A DNA stretch of 64,000 bases from Lytechinus pictus (GCF_037042905.1 NC_087263.1:13208001-13272000), one strand, 5' to 3'. Positions 39,585 through 52,567 are shown, counted from the stretch's first letter. The notes: generated by a model not told the origin, from the sequence alone. A program made the numbers and translations.

Positions 39585-40559
39585 GTGGCAAAGTGCCTGG
39601 TAGTTTTGTAAAATCAGGCAAGTGTAAAATTATAAGTAGCCTTATAATAGAGAGATAGATCATTAAAAATAATCTGATATTATTCCCCCTTTTGGTCATT
39701 ATTAACATTGATTTGATTTGTTCTATTGTTTAACTGCATTGCTTTTTTTTTCAGGTGAGTGTTTCAATATGGTATATTGTATCACATATCACCATATTTT
39801 TCAGGGTTTTTTTCTTTTTGTTTCAAGTTTTGTTAAGATGTTCCATGTTCGGGTTTGGATAAGCGACAGCTCACAATCAAATTCAACTCCAACAGGCTGA
39901 AACGTTCTAACCACTTTTATGTTTTACATACTATTCGAGTTCCCGCACGAGTATACTAGGCCAACTCCCTATAAAGTCTTTCTGAAATACCTAATAATCT
40001 CTGATCTGGAATAACCTAATATCATGTGAATTCCATCTAAATCGGAAATAACAAGGCATTTTGAACAATTTCTCAGAATTAAAAGGTATTTTTGTGATTG
40101 GATGGGTGTCAAAGGACCCTAAGATTTATGAAGACGTGACTCTAGATAACCAGGAAGTGTGAACAATTCAAAGGAATTGAAAACGTCAATGAAGACAAAT
40201 AAATTCAAAGATTTTACGAGTGAGTAATGAATGACCGATATTTCCTTTCGCGCCAAGCCGCAGACAGTGAGTGACATTTTGAATGTAGCAAACATGAATG
40301 TTATTGATTTTCTCAGAATGAGAGAGGCGCCTTTCATCTTTTACCCACAATCCCGCATTCTGAGGCCATTATTTTGATAATTTCATGTTGCTCACAACAA
40401 TAACAATTCACTATCTTTTATATAAAATAACTAATCTCATCTCTGTTGGTTCCAATATCGCAAATCTAACCCAATCCATCTTGTCTTTATTTGCATCGTT
40501 CTCTTTTTCACTCACTGTTTACTTTCATTAAAAATAGTTACATTTCTATGTTTCTATGC

Positions 40560-41340
40560 CATTTACTTTTTTTTTCTCCTCTATTGACTTTATCTCCCTA
40601 TCTCCCCTTTTCTGTCTCTATCTCAGTCCCTTTCTTTCCATTTCCCTCTCTCCTTCCACTCATCCCTCCATCTCTACCTTCCTCCTATCACCTTCCCTCC
40701 ATCCATGCCTCCATTTCTTTCTCCTCTCTCATTCCCTTCCTCCATCAACCTATCTATCCATTCTTTCCTCCTATCACTTTCCATCAATCCACCCATCCCT
40801 GCTACTTTCCTTCCTTTCTTTTCTTTCATTCCCTTCCTCCATAAACCTATCCATCCATTCTTTCCTCCTATCACTTTCCATCAATCCATCCATCCCAGCT
40901 ACTTTCCTTCCTTTCTTCTCTTTCATTCCCTTCCTCCATCCACCTATCCCTCCATCCCTTCCTTTCTCCTCTTTCCTTCCTTCAATCCACCCATCCCTTC
41001 CTTCCTTCTTTCTTCTTCCCTTCCTTCATCCACCTATCCCTCCACCCCTTCCTTTCTCTTCTCACCTTCCCCAATCCACCCATCCCTGCCTCCCTTCCTT
41101 CTTTCTCTTTCCCTTCCTTCCTTCATCCACCTATCCCTTCAACCCTTCCTTTCTCCTATTCCCTGCCTCAATCCACCCACCCATCCCAGCCCCCTTGCTT
41201 TATTTCTCCTCGCCCCTTCCCTCTCTCCAATGACCTATCCCTCCACCCCTGCCTTCCTCCTCTCTCCTCCCCCTATTTACCCTTCCCTTCCCCCTCGCTC
41301 CTACCACCCCTCCCCCTCCCTCCTTCCTTCCCTCCACAAT
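40560..41340 (+). repeat. Polypyrimidine tract with internal ~105-bp repeats
   Basis: CATTCCCTTCCTCCAT...CCTATC...TCACTTTCCATCAATCCA repeated; source of the spurious 225-aa and 215-aa ORFs. Confidence 0.95.
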
Positions 41341-43249
41341 TTCATTTCCTAATTAATTATCTTGAACATATCTAATATCTTGACTAATGATGAATAATAC
41401 ATTTTCTCCTAAATTGACACACAAACACCTGACTTTGAAGCAGCGTTGTAAGATGGCAACCTTCAAATTCAACAGGAGGAAGAAAACAGAGGGGGTATCA
41501 GTGTTCTAAATTCATCTTATGAGACATGCACCCGGGTTTAGAACGGTCCTAATCTACCAAATCATCGCCAAATAATCACATCCTACCTATTGGATGTTAA
41601 TCACCTATTTGGGATCTTACGATGGATTAGGGCCGTCGTGATCTGGGAGGCTCGGCTGCGCGCTTTCGTTTTATTTTCTGACGGGGACGGGAAAATGACA
41701 AATAGGTGTCGATGATGGCAATACATGTGATTTTCCAGAATTACTTCATGAAGCAGATTTTATCTCCAATTCTGCTTCTTATCGAAGAGCTGGGGATGCG
41801 ATGACTACGTGATCATACAGTTATGACTTTGGGATTTTCTCTTTTAATAGGTGAAGATTTTGCATGATTACGCATTCAACCCTATTTTAGTTTATCACTT
41901 CTCTTCTGTATTTCTATTATTAGAACATACATGAAGATATAGAAAAGTAGTTTACAACAGACAACTTTTAACAAGTTCGATCAATGTTATAAAAACAAAA
42001 ATAAAGAAAAGAAAATATCCATAAACACACTACAAGACAAATGGTGGTCAGGAATAGGTCCACAATATTCTCGAGAAAATTCTTCAATTCTGAAATTGAT
42101 TTTTTTTTTTGTAATTACAATCAATTAAATGAAATAATAAATATTTCACATTCCTAATGCTGTCTCCCTTATTACAACAAAATAGATTTCAGCAATTATG
42201 ATAAATTATTACAGGCCCAACATTTCTTGGACGACAAAATTTGAAAGAAACTTAACTTCATCTCATAAAATACAAAAGAATAAAAAGGGGGAAATGATAT
42301 AAGCTCTTTCAGTGGATATTCATGAACACAAGCATAGAACACTTTGGCTGAAATAATGTGAAATTTTATAAAGTCAAATCTTAATAATTTTCTTGTCCAG
42401 TTTTGATGACGTGTCAGTGCTGTATTCATCTGATTTGAATATAAAATAGCTGCTCATTGGTGACATCACAGAATCATAACTCTGTTAATCATTGATGGAT
42501 TTCCGTACCAAGCTTTCAACAATACTTTTTCCCTATTTTGTTCTGCTTTTATGAAACTCAAGTTATTATCAAGGTGAACTTCCTTTTGTTTCACAGATAA
42601 AACTGAAACGAACAGTGCCATGCTGGGTTTGTGAAATCACCTCAATTACACATCAGTATACCTGCATTACAGACTACACACAACCTATTTATTTTTCAAC
42701 ACCTGGTCTCTCCACAAGCACGCATTATCATAAATTAATCGACCTTTGGAAGCAGCAAACTGGGAGAAGGAGAAGAATACGGCAGCAAACATCCATCATA
42801 AAAAAGTTTCGACACTAATAAAGAAGTATGACTCATCCCCGACACCCAGGCTCATTACGTCCAGTTGCCATGGCGATGATAATAGACGTAGGAGAGAGAG
42901 AGCAGAGCCCGGCTAGCTCGCTCCTCGCACCCGGCATTAACCAAAGCAAATGTTTGTGTTCTGGAGCAGTGTAAACTTCTGCAGGAAGTGGGATGGACTA
43001 AACATCTGTGATAATTACCACTTGTACGAATATTGATATTCCAATATGGGGTTTGTGGACTCCAGGCTATTCGTAAGGCCATTTTTGCGTTGTGTATGGG
43101 GAGGCTCAATCGAGATTAGAATCATTTTGGCATATGGTACATGCAGTAAAGTGACTGCATTTAGGTCTATCTAGATGGGATTTTTTTTTCACTTATTGCC
43201 CCCCCCCCCCCCCCCATATGTTGCCATTTCTTTCTTTCTTTCTTTCTAG

Positions 43250-43641
43250 GAAACTTTCAGCTAGGAAACCAATTGGAAGATCGCATTGCTTGCATTCTCA
43301 TGTAATCAGCCAAAAGTGGTTTTCAAAACCACTTCACTTAAAACGGTCTTGTTGCTCTGGGAACACTCTCAATAAGGTGACAAGTTTCGCGCGAAAAATG
43401 AAACCGCAGCATAGGCATTCCACAAACAGTGCATGGAGTAGCGCGCTTGAAATGTGCGAAGATCGCTTCCCGAAGAACGGTTGTGTCCTCACTTACGCTA
43501 AAGCCAGTTTAATGAGGCAAAGCAATCTTTTCTGAATCCGTTTGGAAGATCGCTTCCAAGACCGCTTCGACCGTTCCCATAATACACGTTAATATAGTTT
43601 CCACTAAACTAGTTTTAGGACGGTAGTGAGAACGGTGTCTA
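43250..43641. mobile_element. Truncated TIR-element remnant
   Basis: Repeated GAAGATCGC motifs, CpG-rich core, terminal-looking GGTAGTGAGAACGGTGTCTA; no matching left end. Confidence 0.5.
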
Positions 43642-44801
43642 CATGTATGTCTATAATTTTTTTTATATCACTTATTCCCCCCCCCCTTTCTTTTGTTGTT
43701 TCTTTCTTTCTCTCTAAGGCTCCATGTCTATCTCACTCCTTTTTCTCTCACTCTGCAAACGCTTCAAAGTCAATAATATGCCCCAAAATTAATCATAACT
43801 AATGTACCGGTAGTTAAAGATAAATACTAGTTGTGGTAATAACTATCTCAAAATGAGTTAAAAAAGAATCCAATAAAATCACCACCCACATGTTTATAAG
43901 TATAAATAAAAAAATATGTGCCAAAAAGCTCTGGAAGAAAATACGTACTTCCTGAGAAATGAGCAAAAGAGGCAGAATTCCATAAAATATCAGGTATTTT
44001 TCCAAGCAATATCATTAATACACTGTCCCACATACTGCGGATGCCTTTCTGTGTTAATTAGTGAATACATGACCATTGACCAATTCAGCCATCTTGCTGC
44101 AACTCATGTTTTTAATAAACATTGAATTGAATTGAATCATCAGAATTATGGGTTTTCAGCTAAGATTTCATGAATTCACATAGATAAGTTTATTTCAATG
44201 TATCAGATCTAGATCTATGATAATATCATGGCAATTAGCCTTGATTTTAAAGACTTTCTCATGAAATAACTGTTTGCTGCAACTACTTTCTTTAACCTTT
44301 ACCAACAGATTTTTCATCTTGATTGCTGCAGCCTGCTGTACATCTTGAAACAACATGAATAAATTAATTTGCTATAGATAAATTCTATATATCGATTCTA
44401 ACTTTGCTATCTATCATAAATTCCTCTCCAAATTCAATTGCTATAGGCATCCTAACATTAGGCATTCTTTCATCATTTACCATACTACATTCACGCAGGT
44501 TTATGATTCATTATATTTCATCGCAACCACAATTCCACAATTGTGTTTGTAGCCTGGTCACAGCAGTCACCAAACACAAACCCCTACTCCCATTAGAAGA
44601 CCAGCTCATTCAAGAAATATTAATGATATTCACATTGACGTCAGAAAATGAATATGACAAATGGAAAGTAAATAGCGATCATTCTTCAACTTCTCATATA
44701 GATTATGACTGATTAGCTATGCAAACAATTTGGAGGTATAATGGTGATGACTATTTCGTCATATGCAATAGGTCTTTACGGAAACGTACAGTGCGTGTTG
44801 A

Positions 44802-45070
44802 GGGTCCTGTCTTAGGAGTTACGATTGATCCAGTCAATCGTAACTCTATGGAAATCCATCAGTGGCTAATTTTGTTCTACAAGAAATTTGCAAAATTTCC
44901 TTAGTAAACAAAGGGGAACACACCAAATTGTCAAGAAAACAATGAATTTATGAATAATCATAACTAGAGAATACTTTATAGAACAAACATGCAATATAGA
45001 TATTGATGTTGCTAGCTTTCAATAGTTGAAGTTGATCAGATCAATCGCAACTCTTTGAAAGCCAGGGCTC
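44802..45070. mobile_element. MITE
   Basis: GAGTTACGATTGATC...GATCAATCGCAACTC inverted arms. Confidence 0.65.
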
Positions 45071-46404
45071 AGGTAGTCACAGACATTTGGTCGGAATTAA
45101 CATTCAAGTACTTTGAACCTCCCTTTTTTTATTTCATGTATCAATCGTTACTGTCCACAACATTGCACAACACCATGTGACAGGGGAAATATCCCATTAA
45201 AACAACCAAGGGGGAGGGGGACTGGGGGGTGTTCATTCCCCTGCACATCTAACTTTGTCATTGACATCCTACAAATAGCAATATGCAGTCAAAACATTGA
45301 ATCAAATGGTTAAAATGGTCCACTTTCCAAGAAATCTGAGAGTCTGTTCTTGCAAAAATTATCAAAAGTTTTCTAGGAAAGTTATAGTTCCTTCATTCCT
45401 TCTAGAAAAATCAAAAACAGGAAAAGTTTTTTAAGGCAACTTAACAAATGTCTCGAGGACCTACTGGTGTCTTTTAGCCAGAATCCTGCTTATTTATCAT
45501 AAATCAGATTCTCCAAAATTCCTCATTAGTTTGTATGGAATAACCTGTAAAGAATGGGAGGGCTACCTAGAAAAGGCTGCCAAGCAGGATTCTGGTGGAA
45601 AGACATGGATTAGACTTTTGTTACCATACCCGGGAGGTCTTTAATAGCCACTCCTGTGTAATTTTCAAAGCAAAAAAAAAGAGAAAAGAAAACTATTACT
45701 ATAAGAGGGGAACATCAAGACAAATTAGCATACAATAAGAGTGCATCAGACATACAAATACAGTAAAAGGGACACCAACCACAAGGCAACATCTTTCTGG
45801 TAACCCTGTTATCCAAGATTCTGCTTTCTGGCTAGGGCCAAGTACGACCCCCCAGAGGAGGAGTCATCTCACAGCTATCCAGTCCTTTGACGTCAAAGCG
45901 CTACTAGCCCTTGGGTGGTAACCCTCACGTGAAAACATTCAGAGGTTTGATATATCCTTCTCGAAATCATTCCCAGAAAATTACGATTGAAAATAGAAGC
46001 ATGTTTGTCTGGTGAAGCCTATTGTTGTATGATGCAGAATATTTCTTGTAATTACAGAGGAGTCTACTAATAAGCAGAACCTCTTTTGCGGCCACAGAAA
46101 TCTCAAATTCGGCGAAAATTGACATGGAAGACGTTAAATAATACAAACTTTGCACATCATAGACTGAAAAAGTGCTTACACTTAGCCATCATTTAACTTT
46201 AAGATGGTAGACTGAGGCAGACTCAACTCGCTATTCAATCAATGTACATTATGTTTTTCATATATATCTTTAAAAAATATATCAGTGGACAAAAGTTGAT
46301 AGGCCCTCTCTGATGAAGCGCAAGTCAGGGAAGCATAGAGACCTAAGGCTTTTTCTTGAAAATAACTTCACAAAAAACTGTTACATGTACATGTAGCCTA
46401 CAGT

Positions 46405-46649
46405 CAAGGGCGAAAATCTCTCCCCAAAGGTAGGGGGGACCAGGGGCTGGAAAATTTGACAAGCAAAAAAAAAAGTTATCACCCCAAAATTAATGTCATT
46501 TCGACCAAAATACATGTTTTATTTCAATTTTGAATGATGTATTTCTTCCCATCCTAAAAGACCAATATAGTAGGGGGGACATTTGATATTGTGTCCCCCC
46601 TAGTATTTTGGGTAGTGGGGACGCGTCCCCACTGGGATTTCCGCCCATG
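46405..46649. mobile_element. MITE with CA(A/T)GGGCG termini
   Basis: CAAGGGCGAAAATCTC...GGGATTTCCGCCCATG; GGGGAC/GTCCCC subterminal motifs; no clear TSD. Confidence 0.65.
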
Positions 46650-46959
46650 GGTAGGCTCCTCCCCACATATGTAAAATCTTGCCTGACTTGGCCCATTTCA
46701 TCTTGTTTCTATTGCCAGGCTACGATACGCCAAAATGAGTTGCATAGCCTAGACTAGTCCCACAAAGTCAGGTTCACAATAGGCTTACAAAAGTACATAC
46801 AAGCCATTGTGAAGCTGTGAGGTCATTCGCGATCGTTCCAAGCATCTACTCAGCCGGCACCAACTTATTGACGTCACAGGTGCATCATAGGGAGTCCGAA
46901 CAAACGAGAAAGACCTCAGCCTGAATTTTGAGGGCATGAAATGGCATAGTCCCACCCAG

Positions 46960-47385
46960 GTGGGTGTTTCATAAAGCTGTTCGTAAGTTAAGAGTGACTT
47001 TAAGAACGACTGGTGATCCTTTTTTGTGGTAAATGATATTCTCCATTAAATGTTCTTTGGTGATTATTTAGTGCGTAAGAAAGGTTCACCAGTCGTTCTT
47101 AAAGTCACTCTTGACTTCCGAACAGCTTCATGAAACACCCACCTGGGGGCCATTTCATAAAGCTGTTCGTAAGTTAAGAACTTTAAGAACGACTGGTGAA
47201 CCTTTCTTAGGTACTTAAACCATTGCCAATGAACATTTTTTATATACCATTTACCACAAGAAATTATCACCATTCGTTCTTAAAGTCACTCTTAAAGGGA
47301 TGGTCCGGGCTGAAAGTGTTTATAGCTTAATAAATAGAGTAGAATTCACTGAGCAAAATGCCGAAAATGTCATCGAAATCGCATG
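46960..47385. mobile_element. Two adjacent copies of the 16009 MITE sharing a CTG; second copy cut at TTAA by a Kolobok-like left end
   Basis: Copy 1 at 46960-47142, CTG, copy 2 from 47146; at 47292 TTAA-AGGGATGGTCCGGGCTG replaces the expected right arm. Confidence 0.8.
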
Positions 47386-47626
47386 CACAAAGCCTTTGAC
47401 GCTGCATACGCAATGAGCAATAACAAATTAACAGTTTGCAAAGAAAAGACATATTTACATGAAATCTTTGAAAATACTGAGATATAACTAAGAATTTCAT
47501 ACCTCCAAAGAAAGATTTATAAGTTTTTAAAATAAAGAGATTTTATTGTAAGAAAATGTGTGTTGTAACTGGGTTACAAAACATCTTGCAAAATATCCTC
47601 TTTCTATAAGAGATGCTTCCTGACAC

Positions 47627-47654
47627 CATGGACCTACTAGCTAGTAGGTCCATG
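47627..47654. mobile_element. 28-bp perfect palindrome with 7-bp target duplication
   Basis: CTGACAC-CATGGACCTACTAGCTAGTAGGTCCATG-CTGACAC. Confidence 0.85.
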
Positions 47655-48015
47655 CTGACACTCTCCAGATCTAGCACTTCTTGAGTTGGATGACCTGGCC
47701 AGTTCTCCTCCAGCTGATGACCTAAAAGGAACTCCAGGAAACATCCATTCGAGCCTTGGCTTCCTAAACCGAAACCCCTAAGAAGTGAGAACGATGGGGA
47801 TAAAATAATGGGGGATTTTCGAGGCCAGAATAATGACCATTTAATATCTCAAGCATGACTCATTTCTTTCATAGCGCCTTCATAAAAAGGCATTTCTGCA
47901 AAAACCATCTTTCCCTTTATGACAGCAATGAGTCTCTCAACTACCCAGGTCCCTGGATCCTGTTCACACTAAAAACTTAAAATTTATGCTTAAACTCTGA
48001 AAATCTTACACTATG

Positions 48016-48152
48016 GAAGCATCAAGGAATAACGGATTCTGACTCTCGCTTTGTAATCAGAGGGTCGTTTTTAATCTAACCGAAGCCTAACGTCTTTTGG
48101 CAAGGTGTCAATCCACACTTGCCACTCTCCACCCAGGTGTTAAATGGGCACC
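48016..48152 (+). mobile_element. Truncated SINE abutting a MITE (48150-48305)
   Basis: CCACCCAGGTGTTAAATGGGCACC runs directly into TGTAACACAAAGGTTTGC...AAACCTTTGTGTAACA. Confidence 0.6.
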
Positions 48153-49133
48153 TGTAACACAAAGGTTTGCAATGGATTCCAAACATCCAAGGTATAAAAG
48201 GGCACTTCTGATTGGTTGCTGATCAATGTTTCAAACGAAATGCACATGCAACAATGAGCTTGATTGGCCATTATCATTGAGCAAATTGTAAACCTTTGTG
48301 TAACATTATGAATTTAAAGGGCCTAAAATAAATCCAAATCGGCTATGAAGAGTGACCAGCTCTAAACATGTATTTTCAATCTTCAGGATTAACTTTTAAA
48401 TCTTGACAGATTTAAATTAAAATCTTTCAGCTTCATATCTTAAATCCACAAGGTTTATAATATAGTATCTGGCTGGTCACTATCTAAAAATATTTTAAAT
48501 ATTCAAATATTTTGGCTTTATATTTAAATCCACAAGGTTTAATTCTAAATCTAACATTCGGCTGGTCAATATTCATGGCCGATTTGGATTTATTTTAAAT
48601 CTTTAAAATATAGAGCAAACATAGCGAAGGTAAAAGGAATATTCTATGATAATCTGAAAGGGCTATCTTGTAGGATGTGAATTGGGCCACATTCAAGCGC
48701 TCAACACCCCTACTTGAGCAGTCTTATTACCCGTGAATCCTCCTTGTATTCACTTTCAATCTTATCAAAGCTCATTCATGACAATCACTCTTACTTTCCA
48801 TACCGATCTCAATCAAATTTAGATGCCTCCGACATCAAAATGCACGTCTGTCATCAGGGCGTACAGAAACAAAACAGGAGGGACAGGGAGGGGGAAGGGA
48901 GGGGTGAAGGGAAGGGTGCAGGGTTGCAAATCATGGAACTAAAAGGGGGTAATTGAGCAGAAAAGCCTCCGAAAGTGGACGGGATCCTTGTCAGACACCT
49001 GAACTCAACGATTCTAACAAGGGTCTCAGGTAAACACCGAGTACCAACGAACGAACGAAAGATGACAACCAATTTAAGATGGCATGGCAACTCATACTGA
49101 TCATTACCTCTAGTCTTTTGAGGGTTACGTCTG

Positions 49134-49533
49134 GTGGGTCTTTCATAAAGCTGGTCGCAAGTTACGCACGACTTTACGCACAACTAGTTACCATTTCTCA
49201 TGCTGAATGATACTTGATAGATCCCCATGTATCTGACCTAGCCCCTAAGAACAAGTTCCAGTTGTTCGTAATTTGTGCATAATTATATGACACCTAGATA
49301 GATCCTTGTGATTTGATTGGTTGTTTGATATCGTTCATTCAGCCCATTTTGCAATGACGTCATCAACCGTGCAATTTTGGATTCGGTGAAAGATGAAATA
49401 ATGATCCATTCAACTTGGCTACACCTCGTTGAATGGATCATTCATCTTTCACCTCATGAAGTATTCTGTCCATTGCACTCATAAACATTCATTATTTGTA
49501 TACTATGCAAACAAGGTTTATGAAACTCCACCC
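49134..49533. mobile_element. MITE with a nested hairpin-bearing insert (~49295-49505, Crypton-like)
   Basis: Outer ends GTGGGTCTTTCATAAAGC / GGTTTATGAAACTCCAC; inner hairpin at 49385-49453. Confidence 0.6.
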
Positions 49534-49538
49534 TGGTC

Positions 49539-49695
49539 TTAACCCACTGTCTACTGGAACTGGATGATTCCGGTACAAAGCCTACAGGAAAAACAGAATT
49601 CAGTAGTCAACAGGTTAAGCCATTACCTACTGGAACTAGATGGTCCCTGTTCAAAGCCTATAGGAATTACAGAATTCAGAAGTCAAAAGGTTTAA
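49539..49695 (-). repeat. Dimer of the 75-bp unit, bounded by TTAA
   Basis: TTAA-CCCACTGTCTACTGG...CAGTAGTCAACAGG-TTAA-GCCATTACCTACTGG...CAGAAGTCAAAAGGT-TTAA. Confidence 0.85.
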
Positions 49696-50490
49696 ATTCA
49701 ATGTTTACATGGCAAGGCCTCTTTTCCATAGAGCACATTTCTTTATGACAGATAAAAAGGGAATTCAAAAAGGGCACAGTAAAATTCCAAGACCAAGAGG
49801 AGCAATCAACAGGACTCTTTCAAGGCATCATACCCTTGGACTTGAATGACCTTCAATGGCCTTGAATTCATTATAGTCCAGCTGGACCCCTGTCTCATTT
49901 ACTTTCTCGATCCCATTTCCCTTACACCAGTTATGGAAACAGAGTCTTTTATGCAAGAATGTAAATTAAGTTTTTTTTTTCCCTTAAACCAATTTAGGAA
50001 ACAGTGTCTTATATGCAAGAATGTAAACAAAATGAATTAAATAAAACAAATGTTTTCTTGTATATATTCAGTTATGGATGATGATCTAAATTAAAGATAA
50101 ACAATTTAAACTCTTAAGATATGACTCTACTCAGAGTTTTATTTTGTACCATTTTACTAAATATTTATGAAACTGTTTAAAATGAGACAATACAAAAGAA
50201 GAAAAAGACAAAATGAAGAAGAAAAAAAGAATAAAAACCCTAATCTATTGAACTCAGTTGTGACACTACAGACAATAGACAACAAGCAATATTTTAAACT
50301 ATGAGGAGAATGATCTTTCTTGGCAGATATGTAGAACCTCGCACAGGAACTATTGTCTATGACCCATAATTCCTTGCATGAATTGCTCACTTCCTGTTGA
50401 AATGGATCACTGTTTCAGTCTAATGCTGGAGCGGGATAAACCATGGGCCTTTCCAGAGAAAAACTCCAATTGTGAAAGGAATTAAAAAAA

Positions 50491-50649
50491 CCTAACCATG
50501 GTGTAAACAAAAAAAAATTAAATGATAAATGCGGAGTATTGAAACCAATGTGTGATTTTCATAAGGCACCTAACCATGGTGTAAACAAAAAACAATTAAA
50601 TGATAAATGCAGAGTATTGAAACCAATTTGTGATTTTCATAAGGCACCA
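50491..50649. repeat. Tandem duplication, 78-bp unit x2
   Basis: CCTAACCATGGTGTAAAC at 50491 and 50569. Confidence 0.9.
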
Positions 50650-50861
50650 AAGTGGAATTTTCTAATGAATGGTGCTGTTGGAAATGAGGGATTAACAGAT
50701 ATCAAGCCACTCATCATCAACACCGACACTGACACTGAACTTGAAATCACAAATTGTGCATTGGATTTTCATAGTATTTCATAGTATTATAAGTATTTCA
50801 TATCAAGCGGGGCAAACAAAAACCAACCCAGCCAGGGTTCCGTTGCATAAAAGTATCACTA

Positions 50862-51336
50862 GGTGGTTTCAAACCACCTCAATTACAAGAATTATACATT
50901 TTTTCAGGCTAAAAGATACCTGATAATTATTATTATCACATTCACACCGCCCTGAAACATACGCTTCGTGGAAAGTTCTCAACGTAACGAGCATGCGCAC
51001 TATGGTCTGATAAGCAGGCAAGGTGCGAAATTTAAAATCACTGGCTCAGCAGCCACGCGAGACGCCTGCGCTCAACTACAAGCTCGGCTAAAAGTTCCCG
51101 TAATTTACTTTCACACTGCCAAAATACCTGCAACCTTGGAATACTCCCCACGAAAGTTCTCATGATTTGGACAAGCACCTACTATTTAGCAGGTATTTCC
51201 TTTCGGGGATATTACATGTAATTTGCTTTCACACTGCCAAAATTAACTGGCATTTTCTGATCGGGGTAGATCAAGGCAAAATTCCAGATCAGAAAATACC
51301 TGGAACTGACAAACTTCAAGGCGGTCTGAAAACACC
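50862..51336. mobile_element. Second, inverted copy of the 32029 MITE, nested in a short MITE (50834-51450) whose uninterrupted duplicate follows (51460-51610)
   Basis: TA-GGTGGTTTCAAACC...GGTCTGAAAACACC-TA; the host sequence TTGCATAAAAGT...GCTATCCA is uninterrupted in the next copy. Confidence 0.85.
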
Positions 51337-51611
51337 TATAATTACTCTGCTATCCAATGGTAACTTTCATGGGAACCCTTGATTTTGATTGGCTGATGAG
51401 CATTGCTAGCATGGTAGCTACCATTGGATGGCAAAGTTGTGCAACAGATGAAAAGACAAGGGTCCCATTGCATAAAAGTGACTATTTTATTATTGTAACT
51501 TTGCTATCCATTGTTACTTTCATGGAATCCTTGATTTTGATTGGCTGATGAGCATTGCTACCATAGCAGCTACCACTGGATGGCAAAGTGGTGCAACAGA
51601 TGAATGGACCT

Positions 51612-51800
51612 GGGGGGGGGGTGTTTCACAAATGCATAGTTGCATGCATTGTAAAAGGCATGACCGCATTGGTCAGATCATGTTCTAGAGGACGCACGCT
51701 ACTGTGTATCAATCAATAAGATTGCGCATTATTTTATCATATGCGTGCCAACACTAAGCTTGATTTTAAGTCACACTTGCCTCTTTGTGAAACACCTCCC
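51612..51800. mobile_element. MITE
   Basis: GGGGGTGTTTCACAAA...TTTGTGAAACACCTCC with CTG/CAG flanks. Confidence 0.7.
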
Positions 51801-52312
51801 AGGTCTTGAAAAAAGTTGAAAGTTAGCTCAACTATCCTCCCCACCCCAATCGATTCTCTCGATCGTTCCAATGCCAAACAGATGCCGTGAATGCATGAGG
51901 AATCACTTTCTCCTGACAATGCCAACTGACTGAGTCACCGCGCAAAACAGCTTCTGATTGAATTACAATGCAGCAAAATGAATGGGTGGGACTGGGGAAT
52001 CACGCCTGTTTCCTGGCACAGAATTTGCAAAGACTGTAGAGGACATTTCCAAAGCCCCTTCTTGACAGCTTCATAATGCTCGGGATTTGAAATTTGTCCA
52101 ATGCGTGATGACAGTTCAAACCTGATGGATTCTTTGTGATGTGGCGCAGTTGCAGGGGGGGGGGGCTTTGGAATGGGGTAAAAACAAGAGAGCAGGACAT
52201 CATGCATCTGTTTCACAAAGACTTACATCTATGATGACTTTGCCATTATGGTAACTATTATGGAAACCTTGACATTGATTTGAAGATAGACCGCCATTAT
52301 ATTCAGGTCCTA

Positions 52313-52567
52313 TATAATAATAATAATACTATCTGGATTACAAAGCGCTGCAATTATTTCCCCGGCTTTAGCTCGAGCTACCATCGCCGGCATTCAGTGC
52401 ATCTAAGGAATTAATCCTGCTGGGTACCCATTCACCTCACCTGGGTCGAGTGCAGCACAGTGTGGATAGATTTCTTGCTGAAGGAAAACACGCCATGGCT
52501 AGGATTCGAACCCACGACCCTTTGTTTGAAAGGCGAGAGTCAGAACCATTAGACCACGACGCGCCCA
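52313..52567 (-). mobile_element. tRNA-derived SINE, same family
   Basis: GGGTACCCATTCACCTCACCTGGGTCGAGTGCAGCACA, AGGATTCGAACCC, (TAA)n tail. Confidence 0.9.

Noticed and set aside
40491..41352. 225-, 215- and 117-aa ORFs
   Set aside because: Open in all three frames over a polypyrimidine repeat; no domain-like sequence.
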